A stretch of 64,000 nucleotides of DNA from Escherichia phage KEP3: the sequence record PP047753; one strand, written 5' to 3'. Below the pieces are notes generated by a model that saw nothing but the letters and a program-made list of their open reading frames with translations, ran no database searches and was not told the DNA's origin. A program made the position numbers and the translations under genes. Of this stretch, positions 61,651-64,000 are shown one piece after another; position 1 is the first letter of the stretch, and every line of letters starts with the position of its first letter.

Positions 61651-61914
61651 TTACTGCATGTTGGCGTAGGTTGCAAGTCTTTTTTCGTTGTATTTTGTCA
61701 GAATCTCACAAGATAATACATCGTACTTTGTAATAGCGTTGCCTTTGTCGAGGTCAAAGAATCCGAATGCTTTACCGTCTTTGAATCCGACAACTTCGTA
61801 AGATTCTTTAATGATTTCACCATTGAACAAATCACTTTCGATACGGTGGAATAGCGCTACATCCTCTTTGTCGGTTGCAATTTGTAAAAGTGTGGTCAGT
61901 TCGACGTGTTCCAT
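61651..61914 (-). CDS. hypothetical protein
   Basis: ORF track. Confidence 0.45.
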   Translation of the reverse strand: MEHVELTTLLQIATDKEDVALFHRIESDLFNGEIIKESYEVVGFKDGKAFGFFDLDKGNAITKYDVLSCEILTKYNEKRLATYANMQ

Positions 61915-61975
61915 TTTGAATCTCCAGTTTAGGATTTTATTTAGTGGGGGAGGTCATCCCCCGTTGATTGACAAT
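61915..61975 (-). promoter_or_regulatory. conserved upstream module copy 2
   Basis: GGGGGAGGTCATCCCCC hairpin, CTGGAGATTCAAA-ATG. Confidence 0.6.
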
Positions 61976-62506
61976 TTACAGACTTTTGATTGTCTCGTCA
62001 ATATCTTTTTCAATTTCTCTTAAAGTTTTTTCTAAGTTCTTGATATTCAGCATTAACCCCTCTCCCAGTGTCTTAGCGTAACCATTTGGGCGATGGTCAT
62101 AAAGCTCGATTTCTTCCACTTCGTAAAGGCTGACATTGAAGCCCCCTACCCCGTAGGCTGTGGATGAAGTGCCTTCCGGTGCTTTGTAGTATTTATTGAG
62201 ATTCTTTAAAGAGCGCTCGTAAGCCATACGATAACCGTTTAACACTGTTTTGGTGCAATCGCGTACACTTTCACACTGTGCCGCATACTTTTCTAAGAAC
62301 AGCGGGAGGAGTTCCGCTACCGCTTGCATGAAGTGACGAACAACGAAAGTAGACATATTACGGCGGTGAATGTAGAAAACACCCGTATCAGATTTAGTGA
62401 TAGTTGCGAAATGTTCACCATTGCAACGGAATTCATAGGTATCTTTTACAGGCTTGGACATTACACGATTTGAACGAATGTAATTGATTGCTTGAAACTT
62501 GTTCAT
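61976..62506 (-). CDS. hypothetical protein
   Basis: ORF track. Confidence 0.5.
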   Translation of the reverse strand: MNKFQAINYIRSNRVMSKPVKDTYEFRCNGEHFATITKSDTGVFYIHRRNMSTFVVRHFMQAVAELLPLFLEKYAAQCESVRDCTKTVLNGYRMAYERSLKNLNKYYKAPEGTSSTAYGVGGFNVSLYEVEEIELYDHRPNGYAKTLGEGLMLNIKNLEKTLREIEKDIDETIKSL

Positions 62507-62575
62507 TTTGAATCTCCAGTTTAGGATTTTATTTAGTGGGGGAGGTCATCCCCCGTTGATTAGTAATTTACTTGT
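62507..62575 (-). promoter_or_regulatory. conserved upstream module copy 3
   Basis: Near-identical to copy 2. Confidence 0.6.
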
Positions 62576-62722
62576 TTTAATTTGTCTTTGCAAGCAATTT
62601 TTTAAGTTTATCTATAAAGAATCTTTTAAGTGAATCCCTTTTAGATAAACCCCCTCGAACAAATGTACTATTGTCAAGGGGTATCGTCAAGTAATTTTTT
62701 AAAGTTTTTTATAAGTTATTGA

Positions 62723-63064
62723 TTAACTGATGAATATTTTTTCAGGTTTTACATAACTGATACGCTGGCTTTTTAGCAAGTCATCCCAGATTAGCGCGGC
62801 AATGTGCCCATATCCGGCCTCACGTAACCCCTTCATCGTTTCAACTCGACTCTCAAAACGATTTGCGTAGTACTCGCTATTCAGTGTCGTTTTATTCCCT
62901 TCGTTATCTGTATGGATGATTTGCATTACCTGAAAGGGGCTTACATCCTCGCCTTTGTTCCACTGCTCAAAGTATTTTAGGCACTGCATAGGTGACATCT
63001 TATCACTAACCTGAGTTGACCAAGATGAATTCTCTTTATCGGTAATTACAGTTACATAAGCCAT
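62723..63064 (-). CDS. hypothetical protein
   Basis: ORF track. Confidence 0.45.
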   Translation of the reverse strand: MAYVTVITDKENSSWSTQVSDKMSPMQCLKYFEQWNKGEDVSPFQVMQIIHTDNEGNKTTLNSEYYANRFESRVETMKGLREAGYGHIAALIWDDLLKSQRISYVKPEKIFIS

Positions 63065-63153
63065 TTTTGAATCTCCAGTTTAGGACTTTGTTTAGTGGGG
63101 AAGTTCATTCCTTCCCCGTTGATTGACAATTTACAGATTTTTATCAGGCTTGT
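63065..63153 (-). promoter_or_regulatory. conserved upstream module copy 4
   Basis: Variant hairpin GGGGAAG...CTTCCCC, same flanks. Confidence 0.55.
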
Positions 63154-63387
63154 CTAGTCTTTTTCAATGATAATTTCATATTGGCCGTCCACGCTGTCAA
63201 AATAGATACCGTCTTCATCTTCTGTCTTAAAGTAACATTGTATATCATCACTGGCGGGATAGTCTTGCCTTGCTATCTGGCAAACTTGAATAGCATTTTC
63301 TTTACTCCCTGTAAACTCCTCAAGCCCTTTAAAATCGCATGAATGACCGTTACAAATAGAAAGGATGAGATAAATGGTTGTCAACAT
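63154..63387 (-). CDS. hypothetical protein
   Basis: ORF track. Confidence 0.4.
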   Translation of the reverse strand: MLTTIYLILSICNGHSCDFKGLEEFTGSKENAIQVCQIARQDYPASDDIQCYFKTEDEDGIYFDSVDGQYEIIIEKD

Positions 63388-63453
63388 GATTTAAGCCCTC
63401 TAAAAGCCCCTACAAGGGGCTGATTAGTGTTTATAAGGTGATTGCATAGGTTT

Positions 63454-63996
63454 TTAGAAAAAGCTCTTTAAATCCTCTTCTGCAATGTTTCCTGTCAGTG
63501 TATCCATGATGTCACAAAAAACCTGAATACTGTCTGACTGTTGAACACTTTTAGCGAGAAGCTCCAGAGACTCATCAAGATAGTTTAAATTTGGGTTATC
63601 CAGTGAAGGGAGACAAAAAGGTGAAAACATAGCGTTAAACTCTGTTGTATAGACCTTTTTAATCCAATTTACATCAAAGTACTCTGTAAAACTTGCTAAA
63701 CTCGACATATTATCACAAGAATAATCATCATTTAGCTCATCCTCTGGAATATCGAGTTCTAAGATAACAATATTTTGGGTTTTCATCTGGAAAGCTGCGG
63801 TGATAGTGGCATTTCCTAGAGCTTGTTGGATACCTTCTGATGCTATTTCTTCCTCATCGTCGCCATAGATTTTATTTTCTGGATACACGTAAAAATTGCC
63901 GTCCATATCCGAACAATTCCATGCGCCTGATGGTTTATCACCGTTATTAATCAGGTTGATGAAGTTTTCTTGAGTAGTTCCGTGATAGCATTTCAT
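63454..63996 (-). CDS. hypothetical acidic protein
   Basis: ORF track; ATG at 63996. Confidence 0.45.
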   Translation of the reverse strand: MKCYHGTTQENFINLINNGDKPSGAWNCSDMDGNFYVYPENKIYGDDEEEIASEGIQQALGNATITAAFQMKTQNIVILELDIPEDELNDDYSCDNMSSLASFTEYFDVNWIKKVYTTEFNAMFSPFCLPSLDNPNLNYLDESLELLAKSVQQSDSIQVFCDIMDTLTGNIAEEDLKSFF

Positions 63997-64000
63997 TTTT

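Overview
This 64 kb window reads as a segment of a virulent tailed dsDNA phage genome (AT-rich, roughly 40% GC by eye; no integrase or repressor module seen). All calls are by-eye from the sequence and ORF track; no searches were run. Layout: (1) 1-8775, minus-strand replication and nucleotide-metabolism genes (primase-helicase, dNMP kinase, FEN-like nuclease, GIY-YIG protein, SSB-like protein); (2) 9033-19585, plus-strand genes (family A DNA polymerase, DNA ligase, HTH protein, lipoprotein, DHFR, thymidylate synthase) interrupted by two unusual intergenic repeat regions; (3) 19623-43533, minus-strand morphogenesis operon (terminase, portal, S49 protease-scaffold, decoration protein, lambda-E-like capsid, neck, probable sheath and tube, chaperone pair, tape measure, baseplate, two tail fibers); (4) 43746-49525, a minus-strand array of about 27 tRNA genes interrupted by CDSs, an HNH endonuclease, repeated spacer modules and tRNA-like non-tRNA elements, directly downstream of a vWA-domain gene; (5) 51808-59681, plus-strand genes including an Ig-like repeat protein and a GH24 endolysin; (6) 59700-61330, a 1.6 kb non-coding repeat-rich region; (7) 61337-63996, small minus-strand genes each preceded by a conserved ~65 bp module. 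The most unusual signals are five copies of a module made of a GGTCTT box, a (GGTNN)n pentanucleotide tract and a hairpin with a conserved loop but covarying stem, and the pairing of a vWA/possibly Ro60-like protein with tRNA-like elements in the tRNA array. tRNA coordinates are +/-3 nt; a family-level guess (Felix O1-like myovirus) is low-confidence inference.
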